Positions 47,909-59,417 of a DNA stretch of 64,000 nt are shown piece after piece. Source of the DNA: Octopus vulgaris (Eukaryota). The stretch lies in assembly GCA_951406725.2 (NCBI GenBank), contig OX597815.1, positions 69,874,001 through 69,938,000 on the forward strand. Reading direction: 5' to 3'. Numbering within the stretch: the stretch's first letter is position 1; every line of letters begins with the position of its first letter. The translations under genes and the position numbers were made by a program. A model generated the notes under the pieces. The model had not been told where the DNA came from. It saw only the letters and a program-made list of their open reading frames with translations, and did no database searches.

Positions 47909-48463
47909 ATGCCCTGATGCAGTACCAGGCAGTGGCTTTCATGGCTTCTGATCTTAACTGATTGCAAGTGTTATCATGTACATTGCTTTGTCTTGGTATA
48001 AAAGATGGGCTACAACAAATATTCTGTTCAATACCACAGATTTGCTTGTCAGTTGTTTGACCGTAACTAGTTGAGCATGTCCCTTAGTGGCTGACGATAT
48101 GTGCATCTCTGATCACGAGCAGAAGTAGTGGGAGAGCATCATAGCCATGTGTTGAGAGGGATTTTGGGGGTCTGAATAATTCACCTCTGGAAACATGGGT
48201 GTTTCGTTCAACATCCTTAAACAACCCTTATTCAGGGACCTTTTGAGCAGAATTTGCTACTCGACCTGAAGAAAATTCTAACTGGGCCCCACCTGCAAGG
48301 TCATGTACTGTTTATCTTGATATGAGATCACCATGTCGCGCACATATGGTTGTGATGCATGTGCCTGGTGTACCCTTATCAGATGAGTAGTCATGATGGA
48401 TATACTGGGCTTCGTATATTTTACCCCAGTGTCGCTTTGATGGCATGCACTGCTCTCTCACTC
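47909..48463. mobile_element. ~555-bp non-coding element bounded on both sides by (TAA)n
   Basis: Sharp boundaries ATGCCCTGATGCAGTACC...TGCTCTCTCACTC between two TAA tracts. No ORF. I recall it as a high-copy octopus repeat (unverified). Confidence 0.7.
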
Positions 48464-48497
<34 letters not shown>

Positions 48498-48498
<1 letters not shown>

Positions 48499-50275
48499 GT
48501 GGGTAACGTGCATAACTGGAAAGCTCCAAGGCCAGATGGGATTCATGGCATCTGGTTGAAGAGATGCCATGCAGTGCATGAAAGACTAGCAGCGTGGATG
48601 GTGACTGGGAGGACAATACTTGTAAGGAAAGATAGAAGAAAGGGGAATACTGTGGCAAACTACTGTCCCAAAGCATGCCTAAACATAATCTGGAAGATAC
48701 TCACTAAAATATGTGCGGCAAAGACATACACTTTCCTGGCACAGGAAGAAATACTACCAAGAGAACAAAAAGTATGTAGGAAGAGTTCTCAGGGCACCAA
48801 GGATCACCTGGTCGTCGATAAAACAGTTTTGAGGCATTGTAAAAAACATCATACAAACATGTCTATGGCTTGGAATGACTTTAAGAAGGCATATGATATG
48901 GTGCCTCATTCTTGGATCGTTGAATGTCTGCAGATGTTTGGTGTTGCTGACAACATCACAAATTTTCTGATTCATAGTAGGAAAGAGTGGAAAACCAAAT
49001 TGTACTAAAGTAATGTATTCCTTAGAGAAGTTAATATTAAAATGGGTATCTTCCAAGGTGACTCGTTTTCACCGTTACTTTTTGTAATTTCATCAATACC
49101 CTTAACAATGACACTTAGGAAAGTTAAGATGGGTTACTGATGTGGGAAGGAAGGCCCATCATTGAACCATCTGCTGTTTATGGATGACCTGAAAGTGTGT
49201 GGGAAATCTGAAAAACAGATAGATTCCTTAACCAAAACAGTCCAGAAGTGTGGTAGGGGCATCGGTATGGAATTTGGGATTACCAAATACTCAGTACTTA
49301 ATATGAAAAGAGGGAAGAAAGCAGCCTGCAGAGGATTGCGGTTGCCATTAGGAGAGACCAAGGGTCAACCCGATGATAGTGGGTATTGATATTTAGGGAT
49401 TTTGGAGCTGGATGACATTCTACGCAGAGAAATGAAAGTCAAGGTCAGTGAAGCATATAAAAAGAGGGTGATGATAGTGTTGAAATCCAACCTGAATACC
49501 AAAATTTCGATTACCGCAATGAATATCTGGGCAGTTGCGGTGGTCAGATATAGTGCGTCCATCCTCAAAAGGAGGAAATATCAACACTGGATAGAAGGAC
49601 GAGAATGTTGATGACACTGCATGGGGCGCTACACCCTAAAGTAAACGTAAACAGACTATATAAGGAAAGAAAGAATGGTGGCAGAGGACTAATTAGTATA
49701 GACCATTGTATAAGGAGTGAAAGAAGAACGCTTGCCGAGTATTTGATGAATTGTGATGAAGACCTGCTGCAATATGCCGCGAAAGATATGGGTGTAAATG
49801 CAGATGAAATGATGCGCAAGGAAGATTTTAACCAAAGAGCTGAGGAGAAGAGAAAAGAAGACCTTCTTGAAATTAGAATGTATGGACAGTTTGAAAGGAA
49901 TACACAAGACGTTAAGGATAATACAGCTTCAGTGAGGTGATTTGAAGCGTACCACCAAAAGCTGGATCATTGCTGCACAAGTCCAGGCGTTCGCTACCAA
50001 TTCAGTGAAGTATAACATCTATAAAACTTGACACACAGAACTGCAGACTCTATGGAAAGAGTATGGAAAATGTGACCCACTTGGTAAGTGAATGTGAGAG
50101 CCTTGCACAAAAAGAATACAAGCGCCGCCACGATAAAGTGTGTGTGTGTGTATGTGTATGTGTGTATGTGTGTGTGTGTGCGTGTGTGTGTGTGTGTATC
50201 TTCATTGGCTCTTATGCCGTAAATACCAATATGAAGTAACAGAGAACTGGTATGAGCATGTACCAAGTAGAGTTA
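48498..50275 (+). mobile_element. Degenerate R4/Dong-clade retrotransposon: RT domain through CCHC region
   Basis: NWKAPRPDGIHGIWLK, DFKKAYDMVPHSWI, GIFQGDSFSPLLF, NHLLFMDDLK, GGRGL and HLVSECESLAQKEYKRRHDKV. Multiple stops and frameshifts, with a (TG)n expansion at ~50140-50200. Confidence 0.95.
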
Positions 50276-50719
50276 TGCAAAGAAACAAAGCTCCATCGTT
50301 GGAAGTTTGAGATTAAAATTAAACATTATTTGTTGAATTTTAATAAGTCTTGTATATTTTTACCGTTCCGCTTACAAAGTTTTATCTGTGAAAAACATGT
50401 TAACCGGTCACTTTCTTTGCTCAAAAATCCAAGCTTTCCCAGATTTATTAACAAAACCAAATGCACTAATGATTATTGGTATAAATGCGAATTTATAATC
50501 AGGATAGAAAAACTGCAGGTTTTGAAGCAGTTGTCCATAAATATTATTTTTCTAATTATCTTTAGAAGAAATTTTCAGAATTGTAGGTTTTTTTTAAATT
50601 CTTTTTTTCTCCCAAACAACAACATTAGGCCTCTTATTGCGTTTGCCAAATTCCTTGTGTTATCATGTATGTAATCAATAAAAGAGGCGTCGTTTATATT
50701 CGTCTCAGGCTAGTCTTTC

Positions 50720-51085
50720 TTACGGATAGCAATTCATATTCTTTTAGCAATAATCTCATATCCAATGGGAATTAGTACCTCCATGACATTATGGGCCAGT
50801 TACTAATTACATGTGTAATGTCTTCTACAGGACTGGGACATAACCGACATTTCTGGTTGCACCATAAGGGTTCAAGGACTTCACTGTCTTCTTTGTTCAT
50901 TATGTATTTCGTAGCTACCTCTTGACCTTGGACTACAAAAACGTCATCTTCGAAATGTGACGCGATGTAACGGTTGCGAGCCCCAGGTGGACTACCCTTC
51001 ATGTTAATATCAGCAGCATCTCCAAAGTTAAGCGAAACAACCATGCATAATGATTTTACGTTATGCAGTTTTTCCACTCGTAGAT
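50720..51085 (-). mobile_element. R4/Dong-like fragment (zinc-knuckle region)
   Basis: SHFEDDVFVVQGQEVATKY...KCRLCPSPVEDITHVISNWPIMSWRY. Confidence 0.75.
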
Positions 51086-51149
51086 CCAGGTCAGAGTATG
51101 TGTGTATTATGCATGTATGTATGAATGTATGTACGTATGTATGTATGTT

Positions 51150-51181
<32 letters not shown>

Positions 51182-51240
51182 TGTATGTATGTATGTATGT
51201 ATGTATGTATGTATGTACCTACGTACATAAGTATGTATGT

Positions 51241-53146
51241 TCAATGCCATTCCCTGCATATCTGGTTTTATATCAGAGTGACCTTCTCCTTGAGACGTGC
51301 TTTAACAAAAGCTGAGGGGCGCCTCACCCCCAGTGGTCTTTCAGCACGCCGGACACCACCCCGGAATTTCTATGTACCCGTGCTAACATTTATTGGATGG
51401 CCGTTGACTCTCAAGAGGTCCTCCGCCCTTTGACGGGTTTTGTTTTTTCATCCCACAGGGTGTCCAATAAACACCCTCCTCACCAAGCAAGGTGGAAGGA
51501 TGCAATTATTCTTCCTCTGTATAAAGGAAAAGGAGCCAGAACAATGTGTGGTAACTACAGAGGTATTGCTATACTATCAGCTGCTGGCAAGGTTCTGGCA
51601 AATATTCTTCTTACCCGTCTGAATGGGTGTCTCGTAAATGATGTCCTATCTGAATCTCATTGTGGCTTCCGATCTGGTAGAGGGACAATGGATATGATTT
51701 TCACAGCAAGACAGATGCAGGAGAAGTGCTATGAGCAGAATATGGATCTTGTCAGGTATTCATTGATTTAACTAAGGCCTTTGATACTGTAAATAGGGCC
51801 TTTCTATGGAAAATACTTGGCAAACTTGGATGTCCGGATCACTTTGTATCAATAATTAAATCATTTCATGATGGGATGGAGGCTTGGGTCAATGTTGGTG
51901 GTGCCATGGCAGGACCCATTCCTGTAGAGAATGGTGTTAAGCAGGGTGACATCCTTGCCCCAACTCTCTTTTCTTTGTACTTTGCTGCTACTTTTACTCA
52001 TGCTTTTGCTAAGGTTAGCTCTCTGGGAATATATGTCAGATATCGATCTTCTGGCCGCCTCTTTAATCTTCGCCGATTTGCTGCCAATTCAAAGGTTTCC
52101 CAGTCTATTATTCGTGACCTCCTTTATGCAGATGACTGTGACTTAGTCACTCATACAGTGGATGACATGCAAATACTCACGAATTGCATTTCTGCTTCTT
52201 GCAGGCCATTTGGACTCAGCATTAGACTGGACAAGACTGTTGTAATGTTCCTGCCTGCACCAGGAAATCCATATATAGAACCAGCTATCTTGGTTGAAGG
52301 AACGATTCTGAAGGTAGTAGACAAGTTTGTCTACCTGGGCAGCACACTCAGCCGTTCTTGCTCCCTGGATGAGGAAATATCTTTCAGGTTGCAGAGAGCA
52401 ACTAATTCCTTCCGGTCTCTTCAGTCTCGTGTCTGGTCCCAACATGGTATCGCAAGGAGAACAAAAGTTGCTGTGTACCGTGCTTGTGTACTGACATCGC
52501 TTCTCTACTCATGTGAGACATGGACTCTGTACAAACGCCAGGTCAGGGTCCTTGAACGTTTTCATCAGAGATGTCTCAGACACATTCTCGATGTTGACTG
52601 GACCTCAAAAATTCCAGACACACAGATCCTGAGGACAGCTGATATCTTGAGTACTGAGGCGATGGTACACAAGCACCGGTTGCGTTGGACTGGACACCTT
52701 ATTAGAATGGAGGATAGAAGGATTCCTAAGCAGATGCTCTATGGAGAACTTGTGAATGGAAGGAGACTCCAGCAGAAACCAAGGCTGCGATTTAAGGACT
52801 GTGTCAAGTCCTCGTTAAAGGCCTTTGATATGCAGGACACTGACTGGGAGAACAATGCCTGTCATCGCCACAGATGGAGGAAGCAAGTTAAGGAGGGGAT
52901 CGACACTTTTGAGAGAGCTCGTATCCAGCATGAAGAACTTAAGCGAGCTGCGCGAAAGTGCACGGCTCGTATAGTGAATGGAGAAAGCTTGGTCTGCAAT
53001 GTTTGCAGTCGTGTATGCTTGTCAAGAGCAGGGCTCATTAGCTACCAACGGAGCCGCAAATGCAAAATATAAGTTAGTCCTAGAGCGCACAATGTTCCTG
53101 AAGGTCAGCAATGGTCTTCCTCGGTCACGTGTGGACGGCCATCATC
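51241..53146 (+). mobile_element. RTE-clade LINE insertion with inverted 5' segment and 16-bp TSD
   Basis: Flanking direct repeat ACATAAGTATGTATGT (51225-51240) / ACATAAGTATATATGT (53147-53162). The 3' end is GGACGGCCATCATC. 51241-51492 reads like an RTE 5' UTR on the minus strand. Confidence 0.9.
51493..53072 (+). pseudogene. RTE reverse transcriptase ORF, 5'-truncated (no endonuclease), one frameshift
   Basis: WKDAIILPLYKGKG..CGNYRGI, CGFRSGRGTMDMIF, FIDLTKAFD, GVKQGDILAPTLF, LLYADD, LRWTGHLIRM and a C-terminal CNVC zinc finger. A single 1-bp frameshift near 51750, otherwise open. Confidence 0.96.
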
Positions 53147-53877
53147 ACATAAGTATATATGTATGTATGTTATTTAGCTTTATTTCTATATTCGTAGCCA
53201 ATGTATGTTTTGTTTTATGTATACTCGTACATATATGTGCTAACCTTTTGGAAAGTTTTACACATTTTTACAGTTCCATTGATAGCTTGTATCTGTAGTT
53301 TTCAAAGTAGCTTCCTCTTCTAGTTTTGAGGTCCCTAATTTCTTAATATTGGTGCTTAAGCACTTAGTTACATAGCCAACTACACCAGTAATTATGTATG
53401 TATGTATATATGGATGGATGGATGGATGGATGGATGGATGGATGGATAAATGGATGGTCGATGGATGGATGGATGTACACATGTTAAAAGTTAGGTGTAC
53501 GCTTATATGCAGGTCTGAGCGTATATGAATTTGTGTTTTGACTGTAGACATACATACTAAGCTTATATGTCTGTCCGTGTACATGAGTACATGCTGCCGG
53601 CAAAAATTGAGTAGTCTTTTACATATTTTTACATTTTTTGCTTTTTGTGACGACAAGATGCTAAAGATTGGTGCTGAGGAAGATTAGTTGCTTAAGTGTC
53701 CCAAAAGTTTACATATGTATACATGCGTGTATGCGTGTATGTGCGTATGTGTGTCTGTGCAATGTGTGTCTGTGTCTGTATATATGTGTCGATATATGCG
53801 TGTGTCTTTCATTACATATACACACACATATATATATATGTATATATATGTATGCATGATTTTTATGTATGTTTATG

Positions 53878-53960
<83 letters not shown>

Positions 53961-54102
53961 AGATATGTATGTATTTGCACATCTATATATGTACATATGA
54001 ATATATATATATATATACATATACATATACATATATATTTATACACGCACACACACAGATTTTCATGTATTTACATGTGTGTAGGGTACGCATGAATGTG
54101 TG

Positions 54103-54184
<82 letters not shown>

Positions 54185-54620
54185 TATGCAAATGTGTTTT
54201 CGTGTCTTTATATTTGCTTATCTATGTGTTTGCGTGTGTGTTGTGTATGTGTTTGTATGTGCCCGTATGTGTGTATGTATGGGTGTATGTCTGGTGTGTG
54301 TGTGTGTTGTAATGTCGACGTTTGATGTTTCAGGACGATGGAATATTCTGATTTTGCTAATGGCTGAGGTGTCTTTAAATATAAATGTATCTTGGAGAAA
54401 ATACTATACAGTCATACATAAGGCCCACTTACACATACACACTCATCCCCATACACTCACATACACGTCCATGTACACACATACACACACATACAAACAC
54501 TTAAACACAGATACACGTACACTCACCATATCCATACAACAATTACATGTGCTTCAAAATAGAACAGACTAATTCATTCATTGACAGTATGTCTTTAGTG
54601 CATGTCAATACATCCAGTTC

Positions 54621-54682
<62 letters not shown>

Positions 54683-54789
54683 ATTGTTGTTGTTGTTGTA
54701 GTTGCTGCTGTTGTCAAAAAGCCGTATTGTTACTGTCGTTATTTCGGTATATTATTTCTTTATACAGTATTATATATGTATATATACAT

Positions 54790-55102
54790 CTTTTATTTCT
54801 TTCAGTTATTAGACTGCGACCATGCTGGAGCACCGCCTTGAATTTTTAGTCGAACGACTCGAGCCCAGTACTTATTTATTTCTTATCTTATTCTGTTGGT
54901 CTCTTTACTAAACCGCTAAGTTACGGGTACGTGAACGCACCAACACCAGTTGTCAAGCGATGGTGACACACACACATACGACGGACTTCTTTCAGTTTCT
55001 GTCTACCAAATCTGCTTACAAGGCTATATTAGAAGACACTCTCCCAAGGTGCCACACAGTGGGAGTGAACCCGGAGCCATGTGGATGGGAAGCAAACTTC
55101 TT
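54790..55102 (-). mobile_element. SINE family A
   Basis: GACTGCGACCATGCTGGAGCACCGCC...AACCGCTAAGTTACGGG...CCCAAGGTGCCACACAGTGGGA. Confidence 0.88.
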
Positions 55103-55519
55103 ATTTCTTTATTGCCCACAAGGAGCTAAACATAAAGGAGACAAACAAGAACAGACAAAGTCGACCCCTGTGGAATTTGAACTCAAAACGTAACGTTTGT
55201 ACTGGAGGTCGATAAACAATGCATCCTGTCGATGATTAAATTAGTTACTGCAAAAAGAGATGGAATGAAAAATATTCAATCGTAAAGTAAGGTTGGGCTG
55301 TAACCCTTTCATTGTTATATCTCTGAGACAGGTTTCTGTTTTTTCTTTTTCGTTTTCTTTTTTTCTCCTCGCCATATGAGCGAAAAATATCTACCTTCAG
55401 TTTGTGTGTATGGGAGTGTGGAAGGTAGAGGACTAAGAGTGAGGGAGAGAGGGATCAAGTAGTCTTTGAAATCGGAGTAGAAAAGGTTTAAGTGAGTAAA
55501 TCGATTCTACAGTAAATTT

Positions 55520-55720
55520 CTAGGTTTTGACAGACACAAAGCCAAAAATTTTGAGGGAAGGGATGTTAGCCCGTACCATCGATTTCAGGATTGACTAATA
55601 CTTTATTTTATCGAGCCTGGGGAAATAAAAAGCAAAGTTGATCTCGGCGGGATCTGAACTCAGAAGGTCAAGAGCAAAGTATTTATTTCGATGCTCTAAC
55701 TATTCTGCCAACTCACCATC
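55520..55720 (-). mobile_element. SINE family B
   Basis: Reverse complement GGTGAGTTGGCAGAATAGTTAGAGCATCG...TTCTGAGTTCAGATCCCGCCGAGATCAACTTTGC. Confidence 0.8.
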
Positions 55721-56359
55721 TAAATGTATTTGTTTCGTTAACTCTGGAGCGATGGATGGCAAATTTCGGCCTTCTCCATCAGCAAAATCCCACCATTAGA
55801 ATATAGTTTCGTGGCAGGGCACCATTGCGAAATAATTTTGTAGCAGGAATATTGGCATGGTCAGGCGTAAAATGAACTAGATAATAAACAGGATGCAAGG
55901 CTCTGATAAACATTAATAACTTAACGGTTACTAGTTTCAGCAGCGAAACAGAAAGAAAAAGAACCAATAGATGTGCTATTCACCAGAATCCAAGTGTATA
56001 AACATTTTTTTGTAATAGACAACATATTGAAGTCTCATTAACGATTTCATCTTGGATGCCTTTTCTTTGACAGACATAAGCTATATTATAGATAGTGTGT
56101 CCACTGGCTTGTAAATGGTCGGGACATGGCCAAAATCAACGGCTGCAGGAATCTACTCCACTCAATTTCGGCTATGGAGTATGGCAACGTCAATGACGAC
56201 TTCAGTCCACTCAACGACAGCTAATATCGTTACTGGTACACATCTCACATGAACTGCTTCACTTGATTTAAAGTTCTTATTTTCACAATCATCGGAGCGC
56301 GAAACACTCCTCACCAACGCAGGCTCGTGATATGGTTGTGATCTGTAAACAGTTTTGAG

Positions 56360-56480
56360 AAGGAACCGGAAAGAGAAGTACGAAGACGCAATGAGCATGT
56401 TCACACTGAATTCGTAAAACAGAAGAGAAGAATAAAAAACGCAATGCGCATGTCAAAATAAAACGGAAGAGAAGAATAGA
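56360..56480 (-). promoter_or_regulatory. Candidate promoter module (ETS, NRF-1-like and TCT-like motifs)
   Basis: CCGGAA at ~56366, CGGAAG at 56464, TGCGCATG at 56445-56452 and minus-strand CTCTTTCC at 56375-56368. These sit in ~2.5 imperfect 45-50-bp repeats inside a microsatellite-free island. Motif evidence only. Confidence 0.3.
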
Positions 56481-56984
56481 ACAAGTTATATGACGTTTTG
56501 CATGCCAAGTCTAACACCACCATCATGCAGCTTTGCTGCAATTTTCTTATCTGTCGTTCGTCGAAACAACATTGTGCTAGCGATAATTATTTTGCATTTG
56601 GAACTTCAGGCAGACTTTTGTTGTTCCGTCACCCAACCAAAATATATTCTTTGTTGCAATTTATATAGCATAAAGGAGAACTATGGTTGAGTTATTAGGC
56701 GCCGGCTTCTGATACATCTAATAATATCCAATTGGTAGGGTAACTTTGTCTCTATATTTATGCTGTTTAATTTTACTTACCCAGAATATTCTAACATGAA
56801 TAAAAAAGTTATGTATGTTCTGAAACGTGAAGACTAAGAGATTTCATAGAATATAAACGTGGATTTATGCGAAGATGAAATGATAACGAAATTTGATAAA
56901 CACAAGGCCAATTCTTTCTTTAAAAATCTGTCGGTCATCGAAGTTATTAGATAAAAATAATTTATATTTTTCCCTTTTTAAATT

Positions 56985-57325
56985 TTTACTTCTTTCAACC
57001 CTAGCACTTATTTCCCTTTAAGTCTGGTATTTATCCTATCGGCCTCTTTTTTTTATTTTTAACCGAATCGCTAAGTTACGGGGACGTAAACAAGCCAACA
57101 CTTGTTGTCAAGTAGTGGAGAATGAGGTTGACAGAGACGCACACATAATTAGACATGTATGACAGGCATCAACACAGTATCGGCTTACTAAATTATCTCA
57201 CAAGGAATTGGTCGGCCTTGGGCTATAGTAGAAGATACTTACCGAAGGTACTGCACAGTGCGACTGAACCCGACACCACGTGATTGCAAAGCGAGCTCCT
57301 TAACCACACGGCAATCTCTGCGCCT
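56985..57325 (-). mobile_element. SINE family A (diverged)
   Basis: CGCTAAGTTACGGGGACGTAAAC...GGCTATAGTAGAAGATACTT...GACTGAACCCG...TAACCACACGGC. Confidence 0.85.
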
Positions 57326-57367
57326 TAAAAAAATGCTACCATTCTTAACATACTCTAAAACAGTACG

Positions 57368-57401
57368 TTCCAATACCGGGAATTGAACTCGGGCCGCCTG
57401 G
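57368..57401 (-). pseudogene. tRNA-Glu 3' half (truncated tRNA gene)
   Basis: Reverse complement CCAGGCGGCCCGAGTTCAATTCCCGGTATTGGAA closely matches positions 39-73 of metazoan tRNA-Glu. TTTT follows 7 nt downstream, there is no encoded CCA, and the 5' half is absent. Confidence 0.8.
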
Positions 57402-58639
57402 CCGAATAAGAAACACCGGAACAATTTATATATAAGTAACGGTACAAGAAGCAATGACAAAATTCATAATTCAAGCAACTGCTTGATTGTGGTTGTTGTT
57501 TATTTCTGGGATTGTAAACGTAGTGAGTTCAATTTCAGTCAACTGTTGTTATTGTATTTTGCCGGAATGTCCAGAAAGTGGCCCAACTAATAATAGTGAA
57601 CTTAGTCCTCTGATATTAAATAATGAGTTAAACGTATAGTATGCAGATTAATAGCTCCATTTCACTGACTTGATGTGTATATAAACTTGATAAGTGACTT
57701 GCTGGATTAGTCAAATGATGCAGGCACCTTTGGTGAGACTCTAGTAAGAATCAAAGTTCAATTAAGGCTGTCCTTCATACTTTTTAATCTTCGGTGAAAT
57801 AAGTAAATTTGATGTTTGTGTACCTACGACATAGGTTTACATATATTTACAGTACAAAGATCAAAGCGGATTTTATTATTTTCATATAGATCAATATAAT
57901 TATTGAATAATATGCTGGAACGTTCTCGATGCAATCAATGGAAGCGATGTCAGCTGGTTAGAGAATAAACTTAAGGCAAAAGGTTATCCTAAAATAAACT
58001 AGATGATGAAGAGTAATTGCACGTTGATCGTATGGGTAAATTTTTCTTATTACACCCGCCTCATTTTGAAACTGAAGATTTACCTAAACAAGTGATTTCC
58101 GACGAAACATTTCCCTTTCAAAGTGAGATAGGCGATTTATCCGAGCAACTCTGGCGGAACAAATACCAGGTACGATCTCGTTCGAAAGCGCCGATTATCT
58201 TTTACTATCTACAGCCGTCTAACTCTGAAAGTGAGGGATTTACATAAAGAACCGTTCGCTTCGGACGATTTTCATCAATTACATAGCTAGGTGGTGCGGG
58301 GCGGGGGGGGGGGGGGGAGCTGCCTTCGGTGACGCTCTTATGGAGGCAGCACTTTTGGGTTTGCTGTATAAGCCTGAATAGACTGTATAGGCCCCAATGG
58401 TAGTGGTGAAGGCAAAACTCAAGGGCTGTCCCGGGCGACACATACTCTTGCCATGCTACTGGTTTTAATAGTCATCAAAAACTATAGGAGAACCACACAT
58501 TTCGCTTTTGAAGTGAGACGGATGTAATAGTAAAAGCACACCGCTGTTTTTGCTGATACCTTTACATATAATTTGCAAAAATAGTCCATGTGAGACACCC
58601 GACGAACGCTAAAGATTATTCCAGTAGGAGTTTGCTTAG

Positions 58640-58990
58640 ATTTTGGGCTTGATCCCATTGCATGGCACCTAGGGCGAGTATCTTGTACTATAGCCCTGCG
58701 TCGACCAATGCATGCCTTGTGAGTGAATTTAATAGACGGAAGTTGAAAGAAACCCGTCATACGTCTGTCTTTATGTCTATGTTTAACCGTCTCCTACCGT
58801 TCGACAACCAGTGTCAGTTTGTTTACGCTCCCATAATTTAGCAGTTGGGCAAAAGAGACCAGACTTTAAAAAAAATAATAAATACTAGAATTAGCGGGGA
58901 AGAACCGATCCGACTAAAACTCTTCAAGATTGTGTTCCTGCATGGCCGCAGTCCAATGGATTGCTAAAACAACTAAAGATAAAAGAGAGA
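58640..58990 (+). mobile_element. SINE family A (diverged, plus strand)
   Basis: GGCACCTAGGGCGAGTATCTTGTACTATAGCCC...AGACGGAAGTTGAAAGAAACCCGTC...GCATGGCCGCAGTCCAATG. Confidence 0.85.
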
Positions 58991-59339
58991 TATAATGTCA
59001 TGTCAAGTCTTGTTGCTTTATGTCTTTTCTTTGTATTTGTCTCGGGTTACTTAAGTTTATGTGACGGAGTGCCCGTAGTAGTAGTTAAGATTATGACTGT
59101 TCTTTTCTAATGTACGAATTCACTGACTTTTGTTCGATAGAATATTTTGAAATTGGTGCTATAAATCACCACGCCCCTCTTCAGTTTAAACTTGTTTCTG
59201 TGATCACAAGTTAATTTTAGTGATGTGTGTGTGCAATGCAATACCTATGATAAGATATAAGCCTGTAGCCCTTCATTCAATCCAGATTCTGATTTCTTTA
59301 CGCGTTCGGCCAAGCGATGTACATAAACGTGACAATAGA

Positions 59340-59417
59340 GAATGAATGTTACTTTCTCTTCATTGTTACGTCATATGACGTCATATGACATAACACAAGA
59401 GAAAATAATGTTCGTTC
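59340..59417. repeat. 78-bp imperfect palindrome centred on TGACGTCA
   Basis: GAATGAATGTTACTTTCTCTTCATTGTTACGTCATATGAC | GTCATATGACATAACACAAGAGAAAATAATGTTCGTTC, with no spacer. Confidence 0.85.

Noticed and set aside
56195-56295. Possible C/D box snoRNA on the minus strand (CGATGA...CTGA)
   Set aside because: Imperfect C box, weak terminal stem and no rRNA complementarity that I could recognise.
57890-58247. Apparent pseudo-exon (acceptor at 57889, donor CAG|GTACGA at 58169; WNVLDAINGSDVSWLE...HPPHFETEDL...LWRNKYQ)
   Set aside because: It needs two stops and a frameshift, I recognise no protein family, and part of it is explained by a repeated hairpin motif. BLASTX would settle it.
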